From Pseudomonadota bacterium (GTDB taxonomy: Bacteria; Bdellovibrionota_B; Oligoflexia; Oligoflexales; CAIYRB01), in contig JANOTL010000098.1 in the NCBI GenBank assembly GCA_031416315.1, positions 29,857 through 93,856 of the forward strand: a DNA stretch of 64,000 nucleotides. Direction: 5' to 3'. Shown piece by piece: positions 36,336 to 46,365 of this stretch; the first letter of the stretch is position 1; each line of letters opens with the position of its first letter. Position numbers and translations under genes: made by a program. The notes beneath the pieces were generated by a model. It made no database searches. It was not told the DNA's origin and was given only the letters and a program-made list of their open reading frames with translations.

Positions 36336-36374
36336 CGAGTCCGTCGTCCCGGTGTTTCGGGTTACAATAGCATC

Positions 36375-38339
36375 ATGTCCCCCACCAAATGGCTCTCCGC
36401 GTTGCTCGGCATCGCGCTCGTCTTCGGCATCTCCGCCGGCGTGGCGGGCGCCGGCGTCCTTTTCGGCATGGTTCGCGAGCTGAGCAAGGAGCTCGCCCTA
36501 GTCAGCGCCCTACGCGACGACTCTTTCGCCGTGACGAGCGAGGTTTTCGACCGGCGCGGCGAGAAGATCGGCGAGTTCGCGACCGAGCGGCGGTACTTCG
36601 TTCCCCTGAAGAAGCTGCCGAAGCACGTGGTGCAAGCCTTCCTCGCCGCCGAAGACAAAGACTTCTATTCGCACCACGGCGTCGCGCCGCTGGCGATCAT
36701 TCGGTCCGCGATCGCGAACTTGCGGGGGCGCGCGATCCGCCAGGGCGCGAGCACGATCACGCAGCAGCTCGCCCGCATTTACTTCCTCGATCAGACGAAG
36801 AGCTGGACGCGGAAGGCCAAGGAAGCGCTGCTGGCGCTCGCCATCGAAAGCCGATGGTCGAAGGACCAGATCCTCGAGCTTTATCTGAACAAGATCTTTC
36901 TGGGGAACAAGTCCTTCGGGATCGAGGCCGCGTCGCGGAACTACTTCCGCAAGAATGCGGTCGATCTGTCAGTCGGCGAGGCCGCCCTGCTCGCTGGCCT
37001 ACCTAAGGCGCCGACCTATTATGCGCCGCACCGCCATGCCGAGCGCGCGACGAAGCGGCAAGCCTTCGTGCTGAAGCGTATGGCCGAGGAAAAGTTCATC
37101 CTGCCGAAGGACGCCGAGGCATGGACGAAGTACCCGATCACGGTTGCGACCGAGCCTGAAGATCACTTCTCCAAGGCGCCGTACTTCATCGCCGCCGTCC
37201 AGCGCGAGTTTGAGCGACGCTTCGAGACCGCGAAGCTGCCCCAAGAGGGTTTGCGGATTCGTACGACGCTCGACCTACGGCTGCAACGAGCCGCGCAGAG
37301 CTCGCTTGCAGATGCCTTGCAGAAGCTGAGACGCTCGGCCGTGCAGCCGCATCGTGCCAAGGGCGCGGTCGAGGGCGCCTTGATCGCGCTCGACCCGCAT
37401 ACGGGAAGCGTCCTGGCGATGCAGGGGGGCGAAGATTTCGCGTCGTCGCAGTATAACCGCAGCGAGTCGTTGAAGCGGCGGCTCGGCGGGCTCTACCTCC
37501 CATTGGCAATGAGTCTCGCGCTCGAGCGCGGCTTCACGCTGGCGAGCCCGATCGGCGCGGATCCCATGCAGAAGCCCAAGGGGACGGGCGAGCTCGCCGA
37601 GCCCTCGCTCTTCGAGCTCTTGCTGCGCGGGTCGGTCATCGACGGAGCGCGGCTTTACGGAGCGCTCGGAGGCGGCACGATGGTCGAGCACTTGCGGCGG
37701 CTTGGGCTCGAGGTCGAGCGCGAGGATGCGACGGTCGCCCTCGGATACACCGAAGCGTCGCCGTTGCAGGTAGCGCGCGCCTTCACGGCGTTCGTGAACG
37801 GCGGGCGGCCGGCCACGCCGTACATGATTGATCGGATCGAGGACGCGACGGGGCGCGCTTTGTTCGAGGGCGGGCCGGCGGTCAGCGCGGGTCCGAGCGA
37901 GGCGGCGCTGAGCCCCCAAACGGCGTACATCGTGAATCAGGCCCTGCAGGAAGCGGTGCGCAACGGCCACGCGGATCAAGCCGGAGGCGCGAGTCCCGTG
38001 CTCGGCGGCGTGTCGGGGGCCACCGACGACCTGCAGAACGCCTGGCAGGTCGGCATCCTTCCGAACATGGTGACCGCAGTGTGGCTCGGTGCCGAGACCG
38101 GACGCGTGCGGCTCGCGGACTCCGAGAGCGCTGCGGCAGATCTCGCGGAGCGCGCCTTTGCCCAGTTTCTTCGCGCGGCGCCGCGGGCTATGATCAAAGG
38201 CGCGCAGCCGCTCGCGAGGCCTGCTGGTGTGGGGTATGCGCCGCTTCGGCGGCAGGATCAGACGGGACGCGCGATCACAGTGCCGTTCCTTTCCGGGACG
38301 GAGCCGCGGCCCGCGCCGCAGCAAGGGGTACGGTTTTGA
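36375..38339 (+). CDS. Class A PBP-like protein, intact transglycosylase, degenerate transpeptidase
   Basis: AEDKDFYSHHG, GASTITQQL, RKAKE and KDQILELYLN present; SxxK, SxN and KTG absent. Confidence 0.85.
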   Translation: MSPTKWLSALLGIALVFGISAGVAGAGVLFGMVRELSKELALVSALRDDSFAVTSEVFDRRGEKIGEFATERRYFVPLKKLPKHVVQAFLAAEDKDFYSHHGVAPLAIIRSAIANLRGRAIRQGASTITQQLARIYFLDQTKSWTRKAKEALLALAIESRWSKDQILELYLNKIFLGNKSFGIEAASRNYFRKNAVDLSVGEAALLAGLPKAPTYYAPHRHAERATKRQAFVLKRMAEEKFILPKDAEAWTKYPITVATEPEDHFSKAPYFIAAVQREFERRFETAKLPQEGLRIRTTLDLRLQRAAQSSLADALQKLRRSAVQPHRAKGAVEGALIALDPHTGSVLAMQGGEDFASSQYNRSESLKRRLGGLYLPLAMSLALERGFTLASPIGADPMQKPKGTGELAEPSLFELLLRGSVIDGARLYGALGGGTMVEHLRRLGLEVEREDATVALGYTEASPLQVARAFTAFVNGGRPATPYMIDRIEDATGRALFEGGPAVSAGPSEAALSPQTAYIVNQALQEAVRNGHADQAGGASPVLGGVSGATDDLQNAWQVGILPNMVTAVWLGAETGRVRLADSESAAADLAERAFAQFLRAAPRAMIKGAQPLARPAGVGYAPLRRQDQTGRAITVPFLSGTEPRPAPQQGVRF

Positions 38340-38629
38340 CGAAGACGCTGCTGGTCGCCTTGTCTCTCCTGCTTGGGACGGGCGCATGCAAGACGAGTAG
38401 CGACACCTCGGGCCTCGAGAGCCTGTCCGACTCCATCGCGATCGTGAACAATAACGACGGCACCTACACCGTGACCTGCAAGGATCACAAGGTCGAGGTC
38501 GTGCCGGTCGACAAGATCGTCAGCAATACCGTTTGCGCCTCGTCCGGCGGCGTCTGCTCGTCGGACGACGCCGTGTGCGCCGGCAAGCTCGTGCTTTCGG
38601 CCCTATTTCAGTCTGGGGGTGCGCCTTGA
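38336..38629 (+). CDS. Small Cys-rich lipoprotein
   Basis: TTG start overlapping PBP stop; lipobox TGAC; NNDGTYTVTCKD. Confidence 0.7.
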   Translation: MTKTLLVALSLLLGTGACKTSSDTSGLESLSDSIAIVNNNDGTYTVTCKDHKVEVVPVDKIVSNTVCASSGGVCSSDDAVCAGKLVLSALFQSGGAP

Positions 38630-39360
38630 ACCTTCGTACGATCCTGCTCGCCGGCCTGGCTCTCCTTCCGCTCGAGGCGCTCGGCGCGACGCAGCAGGAG
38701 CTCGAGGCCGAGATCAACCAATGCCAGAAGACCGACGCGACCTGCGTCGGAAAGGTCTTGGTGAAAGCGATCCTGCAGCAAGTCGGCTCGGGCGGCGCCG
38801 GGAGCGGCGGCGGCTCCAACCCAGGCGGCGGGGGCGGCACCGGCTTCGGTAACTTTGCCAAGGGCTTGCGCGCGAAGCGCAGCGGCAACTTGCCATGCCC
38901 CGCGGCCGAGTTCGTGCCGAAATTCCAGGGCGGCCAACTGAAGTCGATCGTCCTCACCTGCGGCACGTCGCCAGTCAACGGGACGTACGTTTGCGGCACC
39001 GAGTTCCTGTGCAAGAAGGGCGACGCGACCATCGAGGCTTTCGACGAAACGCTCGACTTCAACGCGGGCGACCAGCAGGCGATCTTCTCCAAGGACGTGT
39101 TGAAGATGGCGGCGAAGATCGTCTGGTACAAAGACGACGGCAAGTGCAACACCAATCCCTTGGGCGAGGCGACCTATTCGGGGGCGCCCGGCGACCAGGC
39201 GGCGATGACGACGTTCTGCAACGGCGTTACCGCGACGGATTCCGTGTGGGGCGTGAAGCTGCCCGGAAGCGTTTGCAAAGACGTCGGCGACGCGGCAGTC
39301 ACAGCTGTGTGCCCGACGATCATCAAGGAAGCGATCGACCTGTTTCTAACTCAGGGTTGA
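38626..39360 (+). CDS. Secreted Cys-rich hypothetical protein
   Basis: TTG start overlapping upstream stop; signal peptide; about 10 Cys; Gly-rich linker. Confidence 0.7.
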   Translation: MNLRTILLAGLALLPLEALGATQQELEAEINQCQKTDATCVGKVLVKAILQQVGSGGAGSGGGSNPGGGGGTGFGNFAKGLRAKRSGNLPCPAAEFVPKFQGGQLKSIVLTCGTSPVNGTYVCGTEFLCKKGDATIEAFDETLDFNAGDQQAIFSKDVLKMAAKIVWYKDDGKCNTNPLGEATYSGAPGDQAAMTTFCNGVTATDSVWGVKLPGSVCKDVGDAAVTAVCPTIIKEAIDLFLTQG

Positions 39361-39515
39361 GGCGCGGGACCTAGCGGCCGTCTAAGCATTGGACAGGCGG
39401 ATTCGAGAGGTTTCGAGGGCTTAACATCGGGAACGGGACTTGCTCTGGGGCCAGCGGCGATATAGTTCTTCCCGCTGTTGCTGCTCTCCTCTGCTGATTC
39501 CCCCCGGAGCTCCCC

Positions 39516-40376
39516 TTGAAACGCCTCGCCCCTGGATTTCTTTGTCTCATCGCGCTCGTCCAGCTCGGAACGCCGACGTCGGGCTTGAGCGCGCGTCTCA
39601 AGGCCAGCAAAGAGGCGCCGGCACCGGAGGACGGCACCCGCGTCGAAGCACGCGTCGGCAGCGGTCTCGGGGTCTTTCAGGACGTCCAGGTCCCAATCAA
39701 CAACGACACCAACGTCCGCGGCGACGGCAAAGCGGCGCAGCAGGAAAACCAGGACCACGTGGGCCTGCCACTCCTCGCCGGCATCGGCATGGTGCGCCGC
39801 GCCGGCGCGATGACCTACGACTTCGGCGTCGACGCGATGTTCATGCGCGCGACGACCGGACCGGCGGAGACGCAAAGCTCGACCTATTCGCGAGTCGAGC
39901 TTGGCGGCGGCGCCGAGCTCGAGTTCCCCCTTTTCGGCCTGATGGGTAACGCCGGCGCTGGTGCCGGCATCCGCCGCAGCGTGTTCGCGAACGTATCTAA
40001 CGGTCACTACCTACAGTCTGCTCTGATCAAAGGCGCGATCGGCGTCGCCTCGGCGCGCTCCGACGGCTGGCGCCTTGACGGCACGTTCAACTATGCGCCC
40101 GTCGCGCGCTTCGGCTACTACGCCGGTACGATGTTTGGCGGCGACCCATTCAAGAACAGCAAGGCCTCCCTCATGGAGATCGGCCTCGAGACGAAGATCC
40201 ATCTGCGCGACGAGCTATGGCTCGAGCTCGGCTTCACCCGCGAGGTCGCCAAGGTCACGATCGACGACACGACTGAGTACGGCGGCTTCGGCCTAGCGGT
40301 TTCGCCCGAGCGTGAGACGCGCGCCTACGATCTGGTGACGACCGTGGCGCGCGTTGGTGTGGCGAAGAAGTTTTGA
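39516..40376 (+). CDS. Probable outer-membrane beta-barrel protein
   Basis: Signal peptide, amphipathic beta-strands, C-terminal Phe (RVGVAKKF). Confidence 0.7.
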   Translation: MKRLAPGFLCLIALVQLGTPTSGLSARLKASKEAPAPEDGTRVEARVGSGLGVFQDVQVPINNDTNVRGDGKAAQQENQDHVGLPLLAGIGMVRRAGAMTYDFGVDAMFMRATTGPAETQSSTYSRVELGGGAELEFPLFGLMGNAGAGAGIRRSVFANVSNGHYLQSALIKGAIGVASARSDGWRLDGTFNYAPVARFGYYAGTMFGGDPFKNSKASLMEIGLETKIHLRDELWLELGFTREVAKVTIDDTTEYGGFGLAVSPERETRAYDLVTTVARVGVAKKF

Positions 40377-40391
40377 GGGCGGGCTTCGGCC

Positions 40392-43300
40392 CTAGTCGCG
40401 GATCGGCTGAACTGGCACGAAGTAGACGGCGCCGACCTCACTGAATTGTGTCGAGTTGTACTTCGGGGCACCGATGACGAAGTCGCGGATGCCGTCGCCG
40501 TCGATGTCGGCGTATTCGAACGAGGTGCCGAAGCCCGACGTGCCCGCGTCCGGGTTGAAGATGGTCTGCATCACGGCAGCGGTCAGCGCTCCGCCCGTGA
40601 CTAGCGTCTCACCGCGGAGGATCTGGACCTGACCTGTCAGGCCGAAGACGCCGGAGCCGGCGGGTGAGCCGATGACGACCTCGGACACCCCGGCGTTGTC
40701 GATGTCGTCGATGATCTTGACCGTCGAGGCGAACTCGGTCCCGGAGTCGCCGGCAGCGTGAAATTTACGGATCACGGTCGGCGCGTCCGTCGTCGGATTG
40801 TTGCCAGGGGTCAGCTCGAGGACGTTGTACTGAGGGTTCGCGGCGAATTCGTTCGCGGAGAGGCTCGAGTTCGAGACGAACAAGTAGCCTTTGCCGCCGG
40901 CCGCCGCTGGCGCCGGGATCGGCGACAGCAAGCTGCCGAAGCCGTCCTCGGCGCCGCCGGCGCCGAACATGACGTGGTTGGCGTCGATGACGAGCCGGGC
41001 GAACGCGAGGCTCGCTGACGTCAGAGTCGCGCCGATGTAGACGTATGCAGGGTAGCCGTTGGCGTCGGGCGTGCAATCGTAGCTCGAGCCGCCCGCGTTG
41101 CTCCCCCTGGCCCCGTCGATGAGATAGACCTTGCCATTCGCGCCGTCGCCGACGGCGATGTCGGGAACGCCGTCGCCCGTGAAGTCGCGCACGAAGCTGG
41201 CGGACAGGCCGAAGCGACGACCGATCGTGGTGCCGTTTAGGCGATAGGTGCACATCTTGAGGAGCGCGCCATTCACCAGACGGAAGCGCTCGACGAAGCC
41301 TTCGGTCGCGCCCTCGAAGTCGTGAGCGATCAGGAAGTCGTCCTCGAAATCCCCCAGCGCGCGCGACGACGCGGAAAGGCTCGCGTACTTCGTGGCGCTG
41401 CCGTTGTACTCGGTGCGGCGCGTGTATGACCCGTCGGTCGAGAAGACCTGGGCCGGCGCGCTCGAGCCGAAGAACCCGTAGGCGAACGGCGACGCGAGCT
41501 TCAACGTTCCGTTCTTGATGTCGTTCGCGTCGGCGGTGAGAGTTTTGGGGAGCTGGCCGCCGACGATGATGGTGTCGTTCGGCGAGAACGTCGAGGCGAA
41601 GGCCGTGTTGATGCCGTGGACCGTGGAGAGATCGCCGTACGTGACGAAGATCGAGCCTCGGCTCCAACGGAAGGCGTAGGTCGACAGAGTGCTCCACATC
41701 GGCGTGGTCAGAGTGAGCTGCGTTTCGGTCTGGATGCTCTGGATCACCCGATAGTCGGCGTTGATCTCGATGGAGTCGCCCGGAGCAAAGCTCTTGAAGC
41801 TCGTGCCCGAACCGACCACGACCGCAGAGCCGCTGGTCGTCGAGACCGTTCCCGATGCGGGCACTTGACCGCCCTTGATGTAGCCGACGCCGACCCCCGT
41901 CGGTCCGTTCCAGCTCGTTCCGCGCAGGTGGTAGTCGTCGTAGATTTCCAGGATCCGCGTCGGCGAGCCGTTGAGCGTCATGGTCCAGCCGACCTCCGAA
42001 TTGAACGTGAAGCCGCCGTTGTCCGAGTAGACGGAATAGGGATCGTCGGTAGCGACGTACACGTTCGGGTTGACCGTTTGCCGCGGTTGATCCGTCGCTT
42101 CGCTCATGTCGGTCGAGGTGATGAAGGACGCCGCGGGCGTGGTGTAGATCAAGTTGCGGGCGTCTGGCATGACGACGTAGACGGCATCGGACGAGGCATT
42201 TCCAGAGTCCGCCGAGGCGACGGCCCAGCCGATCGCTGCGTTCTTTGCAACGCCGCAGGCATGCACCGTCAGGCGCTGCTCCGCCGAGGAGTAGAGGGAG
42301 ACGGTGCCGAACGGCCGGCCTTCGCACTTGCCGCCGGTCGCGCCGATCAGCAAGTCGGGCGTAGAGTCGCCGTCGAGATCTTGGACGGCGCCGTCGAGGT
42401 TGCGGATCGCGGCGAGGGAGCTGCCGAGGTTCTGCGTCGGCACGGAGCCCACGAGCTTGGTCGGCGACGAGGTCGCGAGCTTCACTTTCTCGATCGTGAC
42501 GGTGGCGCCGCCCGGTCCACCGCCGCCTGCGGCGTTCATCGCCGGGTCGCCGCCGTTGCCTTTCGAACGCCGCGGAGCCGTGACGATCATGCGCTGAAAG
42601 GCGCCGTGCAGCGCTCCGCCGCTGGTGACGATGACGAGGCCGGCGCCGAAATGCGCGCCGTTCTGCGGCTGGCCGACGAGCGTGGCGATCGGCTCCCAGC
42701 TATTGTCGTTGGCGTCGTTCAGATCGCTCCAACGGAAGACCTGTACGGAGCCGGCGTCGTAGAATCGGTAGCCGTTGACGTTCGCGCGAGGCGACGTGAT
42801 GGCGATCTCGGTCTTCCCGTCCGCGACGTGCGTCGAGGTCGCGAAGTCACCGATTGGAGCGATCATCGAGCCGAAGCCGTCGCCCATGGCGCCGCCGAAC
42901 ATCGAGGAATGGCGGGCGCTTTTGAGACGCGTGCCGCCGACTCCTCCGTACATGCGGACGATCGTGGTCCAACTCTGCATGCCTTGGCCGACGACTGCTA
43001 GCTCGTCGAGGCTGGAGGCATCTTTGTCGGCGTCGCCGAGCGCGAAGAGACGTGCTCCGAAGTTCCCGCCGTAGCCGTCGGCGGCGTCGGCCTCGACGGT
43101 CGCGCAGGTCGTCCAAGCGCTGCCGTTGTCATAGCGCACTTCGAATGCGCCGCTTTCGCGCCAGGGGTCCGCGACGGTTCCGGTCTTCGGCAGGCCGATG
43201 GCGAGCTTGCTACCCGCGGCGCTGCAGCTAGCGGTCGCGCCGTCTTGGGTGTGTCGGAATGCCGGAAGATGCGCGACGCTCGCGCCGAATGCGGTCGCGA

Positions 43301-46268
43301 CGTTGTTCGGCGAGGCGTCGTCGTAAGGACCGAGCTGCGAGCCCGTAAGCGTGAGAACGTTGCCGACCAACTTCAGCTCGGCGACCCGCCCGCGCGGGAA
43401 AGATTTCGCGAGGTCCCAGTAGTAAGGCTCGCCGACGGCCAAAGTCTTCGCCGCTCCGCCGCCGTGCGAGGGTACGCAGTCGAGGTCCCAGCCAAAAAAG
43501 CCGCCGCCGTCATAAGATCTTGGAACAACCGGGATATTGTCCCAGTAGCGATCGAGCTGGCGATAGCCCGCGGCCTGATAGCCGCCGGCGTTGGTATATT
43601 CCCAGTGCGTCCAGCTCCAGCCCCAGCCTTGCACCATGTTGGTCACGATCGGGAGGGGCGGCGCATAGGTGGCGATGCGTGCGTAGGTCGTCGAATCGTA
43701 GACGTAGACGGCGCCGTTGTTCATGTAGGTGATGTTGTCGCGCACGATGCCGGCGCCAGGTGCAGCGACCACGATCTCCGCTCTACCATCGCCAGTCACG
43801 TCGCACGCAATCGATTTTTTCCCGTACAGCGCCCAAAGTGGCAGCCCTTCGCTCAGACGCGTGCGGAGCGTCTCCCCCGCAACGCTGGGCGTCACGATGT
43901 CGACCGCGCCGCAGTCGCGGCAGCGCTCGTCTCCGACGGTGACGTCGGCGATCGGGACCCACATCGCGACCTCGGGAATACCCGCGCCGTCGTTGTCGAG
44001 GTTGCCGAGGCGGCTCACGGTCAGGCCATAGAAGTGCTCGTCAGCGGGATCCGCAAAACGCTCGCGGCGTACTTGGTACGCTTCGGCGAGGATCTGCACC
44101 TTGAAGCTCTTGCCGGACCCCGAGCTGATCCAGTCGGCCGCATTGCCGGCCGCATCGACGGCGCGGACGCGCCAGTAATAAGTGCCGGCCGAGGCGAGCG
44201 GGGGATTGATCCGCAGCGCGGTTTTCGCGGTCTCCATCTGCGGAACCGCTGGATCGCCGGAGTAATCCGCCGTCGAATAGACCTCGACTTGATAAGTGAC
44301 TCCGGCTTCGGAGTCGGTCACAGTCCAGGACAAAGGCGTGTTGAAGGCGCCGGTCGGAGACTCGGGGGTGAGCAACGCGATCGCGGCGGACGGTGCGGTC
44401 GTGTCGAGTACGAGCTCAACGGCGAGCTCGCATTCCCGGCCGATGACGTTGCCGGCGGGATCCGAGAACGCGACGCAAAGTCGCTTGGCGCCGTCGGCAG
44501 CGTCGACCAAGGGATAGTCGAAGGCGGCGCCGCCGGCGCCGGCATTGTACTGGCCGGCGTAGTCGAGCCAGGCGCCTGCGGCGATGCTCGTCCCGAGCTG
44601 CGCCGCCGACTCGGCAATGATCGCTTTCGTGGCGCCGTCCGCGGAGAGGAGGACGGGGACGGGATTCAAGCGGACGAGGGAGGAAACGCCGCGCAGCGCG
44701 ATCTTGCCAAGAATGGGTCGCTCGTTGTCGATCGTGTAGGCCGCAGTCTCGATGCCCGAGACGTTGCCGGCCTGGTCGAACGCGCGCAGCTTTAGAGTCG
44801 TGCTGCCGATGAGCGCGAGCTTGCCGCTTAGGACCGGCGCAGCGACGGTCGGTTCGGATTGGTCGACGGTGTAGTGCACTACGGCGTCAGGCGCCGTCGT
44901 GGCGACGACCTCGACGAAACCGGAGGCGACGCCGGAGGCGGGCGTGACGGCGAGCGTCGGCGCGACTCGATCGACGGTGAGCTCGCTGCGGCGCGCGGTG
45001 GTCGAGATTTGACCGGCGGGATCCAGGGCCCAGACGAACGCCGGGCGCGTTCCGTCCGCATCGGCGACCGCAACGGGTACGCCCGAGGCGAGGGCTGCGG
45101 CGCAGTCGATCGTGAATGCTTCGGCTGCGGGAGCGGCGCCGTCGGTCTCGGTGAAGGCGAGCTTGGCCACGTCGGCGCAAGCCTCGACGCGCAAGGTCGG
45201 TGTCAGGACGTTAGTAAAGCCCGGGGCGAGCGCGCTCGGCGACTGGATCGTGAAAGCGGGAGCGTCCGGTGGACGCGTGTCGAGGATGAGCTCGAGGGTC
45301 GTGCTCGCCGACAAGCCGTCGTTGTCGGCCGCCTCGAGGAAGATCCGCATGACCCCGTCGGCGCCGGCGATGAGAAAAGGGATCGTGATTTCGGGCGTGT
45401 TCGCCGGATAAGGGCGGAAGGTGGTGTCACGGAAGTCGGCGAGCTGGCTGACGCGGAACTTCGCCGCGCCTGAGAGCCCGAGCCGCAGCTCGACGCTCGA
45501 TTGCAGCGCGATGGTCGCGCCGGTCGTGAGCGCGAACGCGTCGACGGTCGGTCCGGTGGAGATGCGCATCGCGGTGGCGGGGGCTCGCGTCGTCGTGTCC
45601 CGCTTGACCGCGACGTCGTGCCATTCGACGGAGGCGAACCCGCCCTTGTCCGCTCGGACCAGGTAGCTGCCCGGCGGCATGAAGCCGAGGAGGAAGAGGC
45701 CGGTTTTGTCGGTCTTCGCCAGATTCTGCGTGCCAGGGACGTAGACGTCGATGCCCGTCGGATCGCCGCCGTTCTCCAGGGTGATGCGGCCGGCGATTGC
45801 GCCGATCTTGCGTGCGGTGAGCTTGCCGAGGGCGAGCTTCGCCGCGCCCTTGGCATCGATCGTCATTCGGCTCGAGTCGAGCGAGGCGCTCTCGCGTGCG
45901 CCCAGGGCCGGTGCGTCGTCGGCGGCGGAAGACAGAAAAACGGATTGGATCTGAAGAACGTCGCCGCCGCCCGCGAGCGCGAGGCCGACTTTCGCATCCG
46001 TCTGGATCGAGATGTTGTAGGCGCCTTGCGCGTCCGTGAGCGCTTCACCGACGACGAGTCCCGCGGCGTCGACGAGCTGCACGTTCTTGAGGGCCACCGT
46101 CGACGGGTCGACGCCGGCCGTCGTGTCGAGCGTCAGCGTTCCGCTGACGGCGATCGACTGCGGTATCGCTCCTACTTTACCGGCGACCGCTCCACCACCG
46201 CCTTCTTCTTTCCCTGAGCAGGCGAGAAGCGCAAACACGCAAACGAGCGAAACGAGGCGCAAATGCAT
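40392..46268 (-). CDS. Giant (about 1960 aa) lipoprotein: carboxypeptidase-regulatory-like, Ig/Fn3-like and FG-GAP beta-propeller domains
   Basis: Lipobox LLAC; VYVPGT...TD..G.F...PPG.Y; VHYTVDQSEP; D.TAP Ig junctions; repeated FG...D.DGDG..D..IGAP. Confidence 0.85.
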   Translation of the reverse strand: MHLRLVSLVCVFALLACSGKEEGGGGAVAGKVGAIPQSIAVSGTLTLDTTAGVDPSTVALKNVQLVDAAGLVVGEALTDAQGAYNISIQTDAKVGLALAGGGDVLQIQSVFLSSAADDAPALGARESASLDSSRMTIDAKGAAKLALGKLTARKIGAIAGRITLENGGDPTGIDVYVPGTQNLAKTDKTGLFLLGFMPPGSYLVRADKGGFASVEWHDVAVKRDTTTRAPATAMRISTGPTVDAFALTTGATIALQSSVELRLGLSGAAKFRVSQLADFRDTTFRPYPANTPEITIPFLIAGADGVMRIFLEAADNDGLSASTTLELILDTRPPDAPAFTIQSPSALAPGFTNVLTPTLRVEACADVAKLAFTETDGAAPAAEAFTIDCAAALASGVPVAVADADGTRPAFVWALDPAGQISTTARRSELTVDRVAPTLAVTPASGVASGFVEVVATTAPDAVVHYTVDQSEPTVAAPVLSGKLALIGSTTLKLRAFDQAGNVSGIETAAYTIDNERPILGKIALRGVSSLVRLNPVPVLLSADGATKAIIAESAAQLGTSIAAGAWLDYAGQYNAGAGGAAFDYPLVDAADGAKRLCVAFSDPAGNVIGRECELAVELVLDTTAPSAAIALLTPESPTGAFNTPLSWTVTDSEAGVTYQVEVYSTADYSGDPAVPQMETAKTALRINPPLASAGTYYWRVRAVDAAGNAADWISSGSGKSFKVQILAEAYQVRRERFADPADEHFYGLTVSRLGNLDNDGAGIPEVAMWVPIADVTVGDERCRDCGAVDIVTPSVAGETLRTRLSEGLPLWALYGKKSIACDVTGDGRAEIVVAAPGAGIVRDNITYMNNGAVYVYDSTTYARIATYAPPLPIVTNMVQGWGWSWTHWEYTNAGGYQAAGYRQLDRYWDNIPVVPRSYDGGGFFGWDLDCVPSHGGGAAKTLAVGEPYYWDLAKSFPRGRVAELKLVGNVLTLTGSQLGPYDDASPNNVATAFGASVAHLPAFRHTQDGATASCSAAGSKLAIGLPKTGTVADPWRESGAFEVRYDNGSAWTTCATVEADAADGYGGNFGARLFALGDADKDASSLDELAVVGQGMQSWTTIVRMYGGVGGTRLKSARHSSMFGGAMGDGFGSMIAPIGDFATSTHVADGKTEIAITSPRANVNGYRFYDAGSVQVFRWSDLNDANDNSWEPIATLVGQPQNGAHFGAGLVIVTSGGALHGAFQRMIVTAPRRSKGNGGDPAMNAAGGGGPGGATVTIEKVKLATSSPTKLVGSVPTQNLGSSLAAIRNLDGAVQDLDGDSTPDLLIGATGGKCEGRPFGTVSLYSSAEQRLTVHACGVAKNAAIGWAVASADSGNASSDAVYVVMPDARNLIYTTPAASFITSTDMSEATDQPRQTVNPNVYVATDDPYSVYSDNGGFTFNSEVGWTMTLNGSPTRILEIYDDYHLRGTSWNGPTGVGVGYIKGGQVPASGTVSTTSGSAVVVGSGTSFKSFAPGDSIEINADYRVIQSIQTETQLTLTTPMWSTLSTYAFRWSRGSIFVTYGDLSTVHGINTAFASTFSPNDTIIVGGQLPKTLTADANDIKNGTLKLASPFAYGFFGSSAPAQVFSTDGSYTRRTEYNGSATKYASLSASSRALGDFEDDFLIAHDFEGATEGFVERFRLVNGALLKMCTYRLNGTTIGRRFGLSASFVRDFTGDGVPDIAVGDGANGKVYLIDGARGSNAGGSSYDCTPDANGYPAYVYIGATLTSASLAFARLVIDANHVMFGAGGAEDGFGSLLSPIPAPAAAGGKGYLFVSNSSLSANEFAANPQYNVLELTPGNNPTTDAPTVIRKFHAAGDSGTEFASTVKIIDDIDNAGVSEVVIGSPAGSGVFGLTGQVQILRGETLVTGGALTAAVMQTIFNPDAGTSGFGTSFEYADIDGDGIRDFVIGAPKYNSTQFSEVGAVYFVPVQPIRD

Positions 46269-46303
46269 AAGCCAGGCTCCCGACAAGGCGGTGGACGACC
46301 ACG

Positions 46304-46331
46304 GCATCGGCGGAAACCTGGCTAGGGCTTA
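46304..46331 (-). promoter_or_regulatory. sigma28-type promoter upstream of the giant FG-GAP lipoprotein
   Basis: Minus strand TAAG-N16-GCCGATGC. Confidence 0.5.
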
Positions 46332-46365
46332 CTACCTTCGAGAAATCCTAGCTAATTGCGCTTGA

